From Vicinamibacteria bacterium (GTDB taxonomy: Bacteria; Acidobacteriota; Vicinamibacteria; Fen-336), in the NCBI GenBank assembly GCA_041493035.1, contig JBGPYB010000001.1, positions 22,999-86,998 of the forward strand: a stretch of DNA of 64,000 nucleotides, given 5' to 3'. The notes under the pieces were generated by a model. The model was given only the letters and a program-made list of their open reading frames with translations. It was not told where the DNA came from and searched no databases. Every line of letters starts with the position of its first letter. The first letter of the stretch is position 1. This document shows positions 45,004 through 53,821 of the stretch, in pieces. Made by a program: the position numbers and the translations under genes.

Positions 45004-45843
45004 TCAGAGGTCTACGGTCGCGAACATTCCCCCGGACGCCCAACGACGGAACCAGGCGAACAGGTCGTCTTCCTTTGGAGCGCGCCGACCGCCGCGCTTC
45101 AGGGCGGTGGCGGTGGCCGCGCCGAGGGGCTGACCGGAAGAAAGGTCTCTCAGGAGGTCATGTTCGGGACGTGTGAGGTCCAGCCTCCAGACGGAGTAGT
45201 CGTGGCGATATACGGCGGCCCATGAGCTCCGGACTCTCGGCTTGGGGTGGTCGTGGTCGTCGTCGCGGACCGTCTGCAAATAGGCGTTGACGGGATAGCG
45301 GAACGAGAGCAACTCGAAGCCTGGGACCGTGCGGAGACGCGCGCCCTCCCAGGCGGCTTCCGGGATCGCCGCCAGAGCCGCTTCCGAAAGCGGCGGCATC
45401 TCTGGAGCGTCGAACACCCGGGCGACGGCCCGCTCGAGCCGCGCCAGGTCGACCGAGAAGCCACGCCGCCTGATCCCGGAAGCCGTCTCGAGAAACTCCG
45501 GGAGATGGTCGCCGAGTCGATTCAGGCTGTAGCTTCGGGAGGGATGCTGCTTCACGTAGTCGCGGACGAGATCGATGAAACCGCGGTCCCCCAGGAAGTG
45601 CTTCAGGGCCTCGTAGTCGCCCGCCAGGCAATCGTGCATCCGCAGCAGGTACATGTCGTGGTAGACACCCACCCGCTCGACCGGGGAAAGCGTGGGGGAC
45701 GGCAGGATCACCTCCCCAAGCGCCTCCGCCGGGACCTCCCGCTGGGCGTCCGGAGAGGCAACGGCCTCGTCCGTCGTCCCCGGGTGTACGACGACGGCCT
45801 GCATCCAGCGCTGGAGGCCGTCGAGGGGAGTTTCAAGCGCCAT
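45004..45843 (-). CDS. DUF2063 protein (MbnC/BufC/HvfC-like partner of MNIO enzymes)
   Basis: Internal ATG 45843 (MALETPLDGLQRWMQAVVVHP...). VGVYHDMYLLRMHDCLAGDYEALKHFLGD is typical of DUF2063. It overlaps the DUF692 stop by 11 nt. Confidence 0.75.
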   Translation of the reverse strand: MALETPLDGLQRWMQAVVVHPGTTDEAVASPDAQREVPAEALGEVILPSPTLSPVERVGVYHDMYLLRMHDCLAGDYEALKHFLGDRGFIDLVRDYVKQHPSRSYSLNRLGDHLPEFLETASGIRRRGFSVDLARLERAVARVFDAPEMPPLSEAALAAIPEAAWEGARLRTVPGFELLSFRYPVNAYLQTVRDDDHDHPKPRVRSSWAAVYRHDYSVWRLDLTRPEHDLLRDLSSGQPLGAATATALKRGGRRAPKEDDLFAWFRRWASGGMFATVDL

Positions 45844-46687
45844 GGGTGGGAGCGGCGACCTCGGGCTCCTCGCGCCATGCGCGGGCCTTGAGCGCCTCGG
45901 AATGGACGACCTCCAGCTCCGGAATGTTTTCGTCCCATTCGTAGAGGGTCGCTGTGGCCCCCGTTCGGGCCCAGGCCCTGCGATAGAGCGTCCACACGGC
46001 TTCGATGGCGTGGTCGGAGTGGGTGTCGATGATGTGTGTCCCCTTATTGGTGTGGCCCGCAACGTGGTATTGGACCACGCGGTCCGCCGGGACCCTGTCG
46101 ATGTAGACGTCCGGGTCGAACCCGTGGTTGAAGGAGCTGACGTAAACGTTGTTCACGTCGAGGAGCAAGCCGCAGTCGGCGTCCTCGGCGAGGCGCGACA
46201 GAAATTCCCACTCGGGCATCGTCGACGCCACGAACTCGACGTACGACGACGGGTTCTCGAGAACCAGCGGCCGCTCGAGGAAATCCGAGACCTGCTTCAC
46301 CCTTTCGACCGTATGGCTGAGCGCCTCTTCGGTGTAAGGCATGGGGAGAAGATCGTGCGTGTTCCGCCCCAGGATTCCCGTCCAGCAGAGGTGGTCGGAG
46401 ACCCAGTGAGCCCGCGTCCGCTTCGCCAGGTCTTTGAGGTTCTGGAGGTGCTCACGGTTCAGCGGGTCCTTGTTTCCGATCCCGAGGGAAACGCCGTGGA
46501 GCGCCACCGGGTATCGCTCGGCCACCTGGTCGAGGATGTGCATCGGGCGGCCCCCGGTGTTCATGAAGTTCTCGGAAAGAACCTCGAACCAGTCGACGGG
46601 CGGGTTCTTGCCGAGGATGTGGCCGAAATGGACGGTACGGAGACCGATCCCGATGCCGAGATCCGGAAGTCTCCACCGATTGCTCAT
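45833..46687 (-). CDS. DUF692 multinuclear non-heme iron oxidase (MNIO; MbnB/BufB/HvfB-like)
   Basis: GIGIGLRTVHFGHIL..VDWFEVLSENFM..HGVSLGIG...WVSDHLCW...LENPSSY...VVQYHVAGH, covering the full family signature. Confidence 0.9.
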   Translation of the reverse strand: MSNRWRLPDLGIGIGLRTVHFGHILGKNPPVDWFEVLSENFMNTGGRPMHILDQVAERYPVALHGVSLGIGNKDPLNREHLQNLKDLAKRTRAHWVSDHLCWTGILGRNTHDLLPMPYTEEALSHTVERVKQVSDFLERPLVLENPSSYVEFVASTMPEWEFLSRLAEDADCGLLLDVNNVYVSSFNHGFDPDVYIDRVPADRVVQYHVAGHTNKGTHIIDTHSDHAIEAVWTLYRRAWARTGATATLYEWDENIPELEVVHSEALKARAWREEPEVAAPTHGA

Positions 46688-46705
46688 GGGGCTTCGTTCA
46701 GAGTT

Positions 46706-46734
46706 GAGAGGCCACGGCCTCGCCGTGGCCTCTC
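46706..46734 (-). terminator. Strong intercistronic hairpin between the precursor gene and the MNIO gene (attenuator/mRNA-stability element candidate)
   Basis: GAGAGGCCACGG-cctcg-CCGTGGCCTCTC: perfect 12-bp GC-rich stem (13 bp if C18:G22 pair). It sits in the 60-nt gap 46688..46747. No U-tract follows on the transcribed strand. Confidence 0.5.
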
Positions 46735-46747
46735 GGAAGACCGAGAC

Positions 46748-47101
46748 CTACTTCTGTGGCTTCAGCGGGACGGCGCAGCCGCCCTTGCCCTTGCAGGAGT
46801 TCTTTCCGCCGCAGCCGGCGTCGCCGGTCTTGCAGCCGCCCTGGCCCTTGCAGTCGTTCGCGCCCTTGCACTCGTGCTTGGCGGAGGTGGCGCAGCCGCC
46901 CTTGCCCTTGCAGGAGTTCTTTCCGCCGCAGCCGGCATCGCCGGTCTTGCAGCCGCCCTTGCCTTTACACGAGTTCATGCCCTTACAGACATGCTTTTCC
47001 TTCGCGTCGGGCGCTTTGTCGTCAGCCTTCGCCACCTTCGAGCCAGCGACCATGCCGGCCACAACGGCTCCCATGACCTTCGTGAATTTTCTTCGTTCCA
47101 T
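46748..47101 (-). CDS. Sec-exported 12-Cys precursor (bufferin-like / MNIO substrate candidate), 117 aa
   Basis: ATG 47101 follows GGAG. Signal peptide MERRKFTKVMGAVVAGMVAGSKVAKA. Two 39-aa repeats of H-x-CKGxNxCKGxGGCKTGDAGCGGKNSCKGKGGC. It lies immediately upstream of DUF692/DUF2063. Confidence 0.75.
   Translation of the reverse strand: MERRKFTKVMGAVVAGMVAGSKVAKADDKAPDAKEKHVCKGMNSCKGKGGCKTGDAGCGGKNSCKGKGGCATSAKHECKGANDCKGQGGCKTGDAGCGGKNSCKGKGGCAVPLKPQK
46772..47005. repeat. Tandem 117-bp in-frame duplication inside the 12-Cys precursor gene
   Basis: 46772..46888 versus 46889..47005. The first ~66 nt of each copy differ at only a few positions (for example gcgtcgcc/gcatcgcc). The period of 117 nt equals 39 codons. 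Confidence 0.7.
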
Positions 47102-47185
47102 GCTTTCTTGGCTCCTTGCAAAGAAGACACCGACCCCGCAAACAGGCGGGCCGACCGAACTACCAACTCTTTCGAGGCAAACTGC

Positions 47186-47214
47186 TTTATCCGCCCGTCG
47201 CAGGCCCTTGTCAA
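47186..47214 (-). promoter_or_regulatory. Candidate sigma-70 promoter for the precursor/MNIO operon
   Basis: On the minus strand: TTGACA (47214..47209), 17-nt spacer, GATAAA (47191..47186). The -35 element sits inside the palindrome CCTTGtCAAGG. It is about 85 nt upstream of ATG 47101. Confidence 0.35.
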
Positions 47215-47392
47215 GGAGGGATAGCACACCCCCCCTTCGGCGCGGGCCCCTTCGGCAACGAATGGAATACGCATGGGACCCGCCCCCTGGATGAGCGACC
47301 TCGGGCCCGTCCGACGAATAGATCGTCGCCGAGCCACGCGACATTCCCGAGACACGGCCCAGGAGCGTTCGAGGTGCTAGAATTCCCCATCG

Positions 47393-48121
47393 ATGAACCC
47401 CGACCTTGAACGTCTGGTCCACCTCCAGCGCTCCGAAACCGAGCTGAAGCGCGTGGATTCGGAGATGGCGGAGGCCCCCAAGCAGAAGGTTCTTCTCGAC
47501 GAACAGCTTGCCGAGGAGCGCGGTCGTCTGGACGCTGCCCGCGAGGCGCTCGCGGCCGCCCAGAAGGCCCGCCGGCACTTCGAGGGGGAGCTCCAGGACC
47601 TCGAGGCGAAGAGGTCCCGGTACAAGGGACAGCTGATGGAGGTCAAGACCAACAAGGAATACACGGCGATGCTCCACGAGATCGAAACGGTAGAACGCGA
47701 AATCCGCGGACGCGAGGACCTGATCCTGGGCGAGATGGAAAAGGCCGAGACGCTCACCTCCGAGACGAAGCGCGAAGAGGTGACGTTCAAGGAATTGGAG
47801 GCTCGCTACCGCGACGAGGGGCGCGCACTCGATGCGCGAACCGAAGCACTCAAGGCTGAATCGGCCCGGGTGGCCGCGGAGCGCGACGCCGTGGCAGCGA
47901 CGGTTCCGCAGGATCTCCGCGAGCTGTTCCAGCGCGTCGCCAGGCTTCGTGGCGCCGCTGTGGCCGTGGCGAGCGACGGCATGTGCCAACTCTGCCACAT
48001 GAAGCTCCGGGCCCAGATGTACCTCGACCTGAAGCGCAACGACGAGATCGTTCAGTGCCCGGCGTGCAGCCGCATTCTGTACTACGAACCGCCTGTTCCC
48101 GTCGTCGCCTCGCAGCCGTGA
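47393..48121 (+). CDS. COG1579-type coiled-coil protein with C-terminal C4 zinc ribbon
   Basis: Long heptad-like region followed by CQLCHMKL...VQCPACSRILYY. Confidence 0.75.
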   Translation: MNPDLERLVHLQRSETELKRVDSEMAEAPKQKVLLDEQLAEERGRLDAAREALAAAQKARRHFEGELQDLEAKRSRYKGQLMEVKTNKEYTAMLHEIETVEREIRGREDLILGEMEKAETLTSETKREEVTFKELEARYRDEGRALDARTEALKAESARVAAERDAVAATVPQDLRELFQRVARLRGAAVAVASDGMCQLCHMKLRAQMYLDLKRNDEIVQCPACSRILYYEPPVPVVASQP

Positions 48122-48549
48122 CGGGGGACGAGTCCGGGACCCTCCACATTCACATCGACGGCGCCAGCCGAGGCAACCCAGGCGAAGCCGGCTTCGGCGT
48201 GTTCGTCGCAGCAGCTGACGGCACGCCCATCGCGGAACTCTACGGTTACCTCGGCCGCGCCACGAACAACGTCGCCGAGTACCAGGCCCTGATCCACGCT
48301 CTCCGCTTTGCTCTTTCGCGGGGCGCGCGCGTGCTGCGGGTCTTTTCCGACTCCGAGCTCGTCGTGCGCCAGATGTCGGGGCAATACAAGGTCAAGCACC
48401 CCGACATGATTCCGCTTCACCGCGAGGCCGCGGGGCTCCTCCGAAAGATCGCCGACTCTCGGCTCACCCACGTTCGCCGCGAGGAAAACCGAGACGCCGA
48501 TCGCCTCGCCAACCGCGCCCTCGACGAGAAAGCCTCGAAGCTCGAGTAG
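48118..48549 (+). CDS. RNase H (RNase HI-fold, reverse-transcriptase-like subfamily)
   Basis: The GTG 48118 start overlaps the upstream stop (GTGA). IDGASRGNPGEAGFG, NNVAEYQALIHAL, SDSELVVRQM and ENRDADRLAN (DEDD residues). Confidence 0.85.
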   Translation: MTGDESGTLHIHIDGASRGNPGEAGFGVFVAAADGTPIAELYGYLGRATNNVAEYQALIHALRFALSRGARVLRVFSDSELVVRQMSGQYKVKHPDMIPLHREAAGLLRKIADSRLTHVRREENRDADRLANRALDEKASKLE

Positions 48550-48551
48550 CC

Positions 48552-49256
48552 CTATCCTTCCCAGCCCACGTAGCTGATCATTCGCCCGGCGCCCGCGCCG
48601 TCGCGGCGGAAGGAATGGTAGCGGTCGGCGCGGCAGAAGGTGCAGTCGTCCACGTGGTGGATCTGGCTCGTAAGGAGGCCCGCCTGCGTGAGCTGCGCCA
48701 CGTTGGCCGCCCGGACGTCGAGATGCGACCGGCCGGAAGGGCCGCGCCGGAAGAACCCCTCGCCGCCTGCGCCGAAGGCCTCGCGCAGTTCCTCTCCGAC
48801 TTCGTAGCAGCAGACGCCGATCCCGGGGCCCAGGGCGGCCACGAGATCACTGACCCGGGAGCCCCCGCGGACGAGCGCTTCGACGCTCCGGCCCGCTACC
48901 CCGGCCGCCGTGCCCCGCCAGCCGGCATGCACCGCGGCTGCGGCGCGGCGCACCGGGTCCACCAGGAGGACCGGGAGACAGTCCGCCGTCTCCACGCCGA
49001 CGAGGAGCCCATGGCCGGCGGCGATCCCCACGTCACCTTCGGCGCCCTCCTCCCACGGCGCCTCGCGGACGGCGGCGCCATGAACCTGCCGCAACAAGAA
49101 CAGATGACCGCGATCGGCCAGCGCACCCGCCACACGCCTACGGCTGCCCGCTCGCGTTTCCCAACCCGCCGGACCGAGCCGTTCCTCGAAGCCGTGGACG
49201 AGGCCTGGGACCTTCTCCAGGGGTGCTATGGTCACCACCCTCAACGTCTCACTCAC
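48552..49256 (-). CDS. pgeF: PgeF/YfiH (DUF152) purine nucleoside phosphorylase/peptidoglycan editing factor family
   Basis: VHGFEER, LRQVHG, TADCLPVLL, HAGWRGT, CCYEVG and CTFC...YHSFRRD motifs. The start (GTG 49256) is uncertain. Confidence 0.7.
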   Translation of the reverse strand: MSETLRVVTIAPLEKVPGLVHGFEERLGPAGWETRAGSRRRVAGALADRGHLFLLRQVHGAAVREAPWEEGAEGDVGIAAGHGLLVGVETADCLPVLLVDPVRRAAAAVHAGWRGTAAGVAGRSVEALVRGGSRVSDLVAALGPGIGVCCYEVGEELREAFGAGGEGFFRRGPSGRSHLDVRAANVAQLTQAGLLTSQIHHVDDCTFCRADRYHSFRRDGAGAGRMISYVGWEG

Positions 49257-49262
49257 GGCGCG

Positions 49263-49655
49263 ATGATCCACTGCTACACTCCTCTCGTGCAACGCGAGCA
49301 CCGGATCGTCGCGAGCGCTCGCGAGGTCGTGGCGATCGAAGAGGTCGGCCGCCTGGTCGCGTCGTCTTCCGTCTTCACGCCGGCGGAGCAGGCCTACGCC
49401 GAGTCCAAGTCCGATCCGGACCGTCGCCTCGCGGCGCGTCTCGCCGCCAAGCGCGCTGCTCTCCTTTTGTTGGGGGAGGGAATGGATGAGAGAGACGTCG
49501 AGGTCCTCCCAGCCCGTGGCGGGCCGCCCCGACTGTCGCTCTCGCCCCGCGCCTTGGCGCGCCTCCGCGTCCTCGGCGCCGCACGCGCACGGGTCAGCCT
49601 CACCCACGGCCGCACCCACGCCGCGGCGGCCGTCCTCTTCCTGGGGGCGGAGTGA
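49263..49655 (+). CDS. acpS: Holo-ACP synthase (4'-phosphopantetheinyl transferase AcpS-like)
   Basis: 130 aa from ATG 49263. VVAIEEV..VFTPAEQAYA...LAARLAAKRAALLLLG...DVEVL..GGPPRLSL...VSLTHGRTHAAAAV follows the AcpS layout, although it is divergent. Confidence 0.65.
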   Translation: MIHCYTPLVQREHRIVASAREVVAIEEVGRLVASSSVFTPAEQAYAESKSDPDRRLAARLAAKRAALLLLGEGMDERDVEVLPARGGPPRLSLSPRALARLRVLGAARARVSLTHGRTHAAAAVLFLGAE

Positions 49656-50656
49656 GTCGGATCCGGATCGCCGTCAGGGCCGGCGCCGGCGCCACGCTGC
49701 TGGCACTCGCGGCAGGTGCCTATCTGGTGGTCGCTCCATCGGGAGACGAGGCGCCTCATCCGTTCAACCAGGACCGGAATGCCGTGTGGCTGGAGCATCG
49801 GTGGCTGGAACGCGAGCACTCTGCGGCGGAGATGGACGGGCTCTTTGCCTCGCTCTCGCGCCACGGAATCCTCTATGCCTTCCCGCACCTCATCCCCTTC
49901 GCTTCCACCGGCCAGCTGCCCGTTCACAACCGGGATCAGATGCGTGCGTTTCTCCGGGCGGCCCGCCGCGCCGCCCCCGAGATGAAGGTGCTTCCGTGGG
50001 TGGGCGGCTTGCGCGTCGGCACCCGGCGCCAACGTCCGGGAACCCTCGATCTGGGCGACCTGGGGCAGCGGCAGCGAATCGTCGCGGAGTGCCGCGGGCT
50101 CATCGACGAAGGCTTCGACGGCATCCATCTGAACGTGGAACCCGTGGATGACGGCAACGACGACTACCTTGCGCTGCTGCGCGCGCTTCGTACCGCCGTG
50201 GGAGACCACACCCTCTCCCTCTCCGCGATACGCCCCGGGCCCTTCTCGCTGCCCGGGGCCCCGAACTTCCTCTGGACGCCGACGTACTACGGGCGAGTGG
50301 CTGCGACCGCGGATCAGGTCGTCGTGATGGGATACGACACCGGGCTCCCCACGGCGTCCCTGTACAAGCGGTACACCGCTTGGGCCGCGGCAACGGTCAC
50401 TTCGGAGCTCGTGGCGCGCCGCTCGCGGGCGCGCGTTCTCCTCGGCATCCCCACTTACGACGACACGAGCCTCATGCACCGAGCCGGGGTCGAAACGCCC
50501 GCCAACGCCATCTCAGGGATTGTGTCTGGGCTCCGAGGCCTCGGAGGGGGCGGCACGTTCGAGGGGGTCGCGCTGTATGCCGAGTGGACGACCGACACCG
50601 CCGATTGGGCCGTCTACGAACGGTTGTGGCGGGGGAGGAATCAGGCGGCGCGCTGA
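49652..50656 (+). CDS. Membrane-anchored hypothetical protein, possible GH18-like TIM barrel
   Basis: The GTG start overlaps the acpS stop. N-terminal anchor. [10 protein letters not shown] resembles the DGxDxDxE chitinase-type motif. The assignment is tentative. Confidence 0.45.
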   Translation: MSRIRIAVRAGAGATLLALAAGAYLVVAPSGDEAPHPFNQDRNAVWLEHRWLEREHSAAEMDGLFASLSRHGILYAFPHLIPFASTGQLPVHNRDQMRAFLRAARRAAPEMKVLPWVGGLRVGTRRQRPGTLDLGDLGQRQRIVAECRGLIDEGFDGIHLNVEPVDDGNDDYLALLRALRTAVGDHTLSLSAIRPGPFSLPGAPNFLWTPTYYGRVAATADQVVVMGYDTGLPTASLYKRYTAWAAATVTSELVARRSRARVLLGIPTYDDTSLMHRAGVETPANAISGIVSGLRGLGGGGTFEGVALYAEWTTDTADWAVYERLWRGRNQAAR

Positions 50657-51318
50657 TCCTCGACGATCTCCCCGTCGCGGATCTGAACCACTCGGGACGC
50701 GACCCGCGCGACGGCGGCGTCGTGGGTGATCATGACGATCGTCTGGCCCGAGGCATGCAGCTCGTCGAAGAGGCCGACGATGCCCTTTCCCGACGTGGAG
50801 TCGAGGTTCCCCGTCGGCTCGTCGGCCAGGATCATCGCCGGACGATTCACGAGCGCCCTGGCGATGGCGACGCGTTGCATCTCGCCTCCGGAGAGCTCTG
50901 TCGCCTTGTGGTCCATGCGGTCCTGGAGGTCGACGCGCTCCAGCATGGCTGCCGCCCTCTCATGACGCTCTTTCGTCGGCACCCCGGCGAAGAGGAGAGG
51001 AAGCTCCACGTTTTCGAGGGCGGAGGCGTAGGGAAGCAGGTTGAAGTTCTGGAACACGAAACCGATGCGCTTGTTGCGGATCTCGGCCAGGCGGTTCCGG
51101 TCCAAACCTCCCACCGTCTCCCCCGAGAGGACGTACTCGCCCGAGCTGGGGGTATCGAGACAGCCCAGGATGTTCATGAGTGTGGACTTTCCCGAACCCG
51201 AGGGCCCCACGATGGCCACGTACTCGTTCCCGCCGATGTCCAGGTCGACGCCGCGAAGCGCCTCCACCTCGACGCGCCCGGTGCTGTACACCTTGCGAAT
51301 GCTTCGCATGCGAATCAT
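50641..51318 (-). CDS. ABC transporter ATP-binding protein (MacB/LolD-type)
   Basis: [24 protein letters not shown] and [11 protein letters not shown]. Confidence 0.9.
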   Translation of the reverse strand: MIRMRSIRKVYSTGRVEVEALRGVDLDIGGNEYVAIVGPSGSGKSTLMNILGCLDTPSSGEYVLSGETVGGLDRNRLAEIRNKRIGFVFQNFNLLPYASALENVELPLLFAGVPTKERHERAAAMLERVDLQDRMDHKATELSGGEMQRVAIARALVNRPAMILADEPTGNLDSTSGKGIVGLFDELHASGQTIVMITHDAAVARVASRVVQIRDGEIVEDQRAA

Positions 51319-52575
51319 CTACTCGTACCTCAATGAGACCGCCGGATTGACCGACGCGGCCCGCCGGGCCGGGAAGTAGCCCGCCAGCATCCCGATCGTC
51401 CCGAGGACCATGGCCGTGGCCGCGGCAATCGCGGGGGAGAACGTGGGACGTCCCAGGAAGTCGAAAGCCTCGCCCTTGAGAGGAAGCACGGCGATCACTC
51501 CCATCAGGGCGAGGGCCGCGAGTGTGCCGAGCACGCCGCCGACCACCGTCATCATCAGCGCCTCCAATAGGAAGGGGGCCATTACCTGGCGCATCTTGGC
51601 CCCGAGGGCCATCTTCACGCCGATCTCCCGGGTCCGCTCCTTCACCACCGCGTACATGATGTTCGCGACGCCCATACCGCCCACGAAAAGCGTCAGCGCG
51701 CCGATGATCCCGAGAAACACCTGGATGCCGAGGGCGATATTGCCGACGATGCGCTGGTCCTCGCGGGTGTCCCAGACGCTCAGGGCTCGCGTGTCGTCGG
51801 GATCGAAGTGGTACTTGCCCGCCAGCACCCGATAGATCTCCGCCTTCGCCTCGTCGGCGACCTCCATCGAGACCGGCCGGTAGATGAAGTTCTGGACCTT
51901 CTGGCCCGTGAACATCGACTTGAACGTCGAAGCGGGTATGGTGGCCTGGTTCTTGTCGGGGCCGCTGTACATCCCCATCATGACCTTTGTCTGCATGACG
52001 CCGATCACCAGGAACGAGGACTGGTCGATGCGCACCGTTTTCCCCACCGGATCCACGTCCCCGAAGAGGTCGGTGGCGAGCGAGTCGCCGAGCACCACCA
52101 CTCGCCGTTTCGCGTCGAGGTCGAGATCATCGACGAAGCGGCCGCCGGTGCGCGGGATGATGTTCCGCAGCTCTCCGAAGGACGGGTCGACCCCTCGCGT
52201 CCTCGCGTTGACGAGCTTCGTCCCGGCGGTGAGGGAGCAGTACTTGGAGTACTCCCGGCTCACCGAAGCGATGCTCGGGATGCGCCCCTTCAGGATGTCG
52301 GCGTCCTCGTCGGTGAACGCGAGCGTGCGTCCCGAAGCAAGACCCATGTAGGCGCGGGTGGTGGACCCGGGCCAGAGGATGCCGATCCCCTCGCCCATGC
52401 CGCTCTTGCCCCTGTGAAAGGCCAGCTTCAGCCCTTCTCCGAACGACAACAGGAGCACGATCGACAGCGTCCCCCAGGCGATGGCCAGCACCGTCAAGGC
52501 GATGCGCTTGCGGTTCCTTGAGGCATCGTGCTGGAACAGGCGCCAGACGAGAGCGATCTCGGCTCGGGTCAACAT
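51319..52575 (-). CDS. ABC transporter permease, MacB_PCD + FtsX domain
   Basis: Internal ATG 52575 (MLTRAEIALVWRL...), with an ATGA overlap with the upstream permease. Periplasmic core domain followed by a 3-TM FtsX (REIGVKMALGA). Confidence 0.85.
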   Translation of the reverse strand: MLTRAEIALVWRLFQHDASRNRKRIALTVLAIAWGTLSIVLLLSFGEGLKLAFHRGKSGMGEGIGILWPGSTTRAYMGLASGRTLAFTDEDADILKGRIPSIASVSREYSKYCSLTAGTKLVNARTRGVDPSFGELRNIIPRTGGRFVDDLDLDAKRRVVVLGDSLATDLFGDVDPVGKTVRIDQSSFLVIGVMQTKVMMGMYSGPDKNQATIPASTFKSMFTGQKVQNFIYRPVSMEVADEAKAEIYRVLAGKYHFDPDDTRALSVWDTREDQRIVGNIALGIQVFLGIIGALTLFVGGMGVANIMYAVVKERTREIGVKMALGAKMRQVMAPFLLEALMMTVVGGVLGTLAALALMGVIAVLPLKGEAFDFLGRPTFSPAIAAATAMVLGTIGMLAGYFPARRAASVNPAVSLRYE

Positions 52576-53804
52576 CAGGAGAGCTTCAGCGCGACCACGG
52601 GATCGAGAAGCGAGGCCTTGCGCGCGGGGAAATATCCCGCGACGAGGCCAACGATGCCCAGGAGGAGCGTGGTCGTGACAATGGTCACCGGCGATGCCTC
52701 CGGCGTCCCCACGTACTCGTCGAGAGAGGCAGGGAAGACGGCCATGACGCCGAGGGTGATGAGAAAGCCGAGGGCACCGCCCACCGCCGTGAGGGTGAGC
52801 GTTTCGACCAGGAACTGCGTCTGGATGAACCGCGGCTTGGCGCCGACGGCGAGCTTGACGCCTATCTCCCGGGTCCGCTCCTCCACGACGACGTACATGA
52901 TGTTCGACACGCCGATTCCGCCGACGAGGAGCGTGAAGGATCCGATGATGGCGAGGAAGGCGCGGAAGACGCCGAAGAAGACCTTGAAGAACTTCTCCTG
53001 CTCGGTCGTGTCCCACATCCCGATGGCTTCCTTGTCCTTGGGGTCGAACCGATGTTTTCTCCCGAGGACCTCGTACACGCGCCGAATCACTTCGGGAACC
53101 AAGGGCGCCTCCCGCGCCTGGAAGATGAGGTCGCTCACGTAGCGCTCGCTGTAGAGCCCCTTGTAGGTCGTGTCGGGGATGAAGGCCTTGTCCTGGTCAC
53201 GGCCGCTGTAGCTCGAGTCCTGCGCCTTCTTCTCCATGACCCCGATGACCAGGAACGGAACGCTGTCGATCATCACCGTCTTCCCCACGGCGTCCTGCTC
53301 GCCGAAGAGGTCCGCCTTCAGCTTGTCGCCCAGGAAGACGACGCGCCTTCGCCGGTTGACATCCAGGTCGTTGACGTAGCGCCCTCCCGCGGCCGGGATG
53401 ATGTTGCGCATCGCCGCGAAGATCGGACTGTTGGCGGAGATCTGGGGCGAGATCCGGACGCGCTCCCTCCGGAAGGCGTTCTTCTCCTTCTCGTACTCCG
53501 CCGAGAACGTGGCCTCGGGGATCTCCCGGCGCAGGAGCTCCACGTCCTCCTCCGTCAGGCGGATCCGGCGGCCCTTGCCGAGGCCCTCGTAGGGGAGCGA
53601 TGTCCGCGAGGGCCATGCGATCACGATGTTCTCGCCGAGCCCCCGCTGGTTCTTGACGATCCGCTTCTGGAGCGCCTCGCCGAAGGAAACGAGGAGCGAG
53701 ACCGACACCGTTCCCCACGTGATCCCGAGGAGGGTCAGCAGCGTCCGGAGGCGCTGGTGGCGGACGTCCTGGAGGATCTGGCGGAGGAACGAGAGGTAGG
53801 TCAC
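52575..53804 (-). CDS. ABC transporter permease, MacB_PCD + FtsX domain (paralog)
   Basis: GTG 53804 (VTYLSFLRQILQDVRHQRLRT...). REIGVKLAVGA motif. Confidence 0.8.
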   Translation of the reverse strand: MTYLSFLRQILQDVRHQRLRTLLTLLGITWGTVSVSLLVSFGEALQKRIVKNQRGLGENIVIAWPSRTSLPYEGLGKGRRIRLTEEDVELLRREIPEATFSAEYEKEKNAFRRERVRISPQISANSPIFAAMRNIIPAAGGRYVNDLDVNRRRRVVFLGDKLKADLFGEQDAVGKTVMIDSVPFLVIGVMEKKAQDSSYSGRDQDKAFIPDTTYKGLYSERYVSDLIFQAREAPLVPEVIRRVYEVLGRKHRFDPKDKEAIGMWDTTEQEKFFKVFFGVFRAFLAIIGSFTLLVGGIGVSNIMYVVVEERTREIGVKLAVGAKPRFIQTQFLVETLTLTAVGGALGFLITLGVMAVFPASLDEYVGTPEASPVTIVTTTLLLGIVGLVAGYFPARKASLLDPVVALKLS

Positions 53805-53821
53805 GAGTGGCCTCTCGGGCG

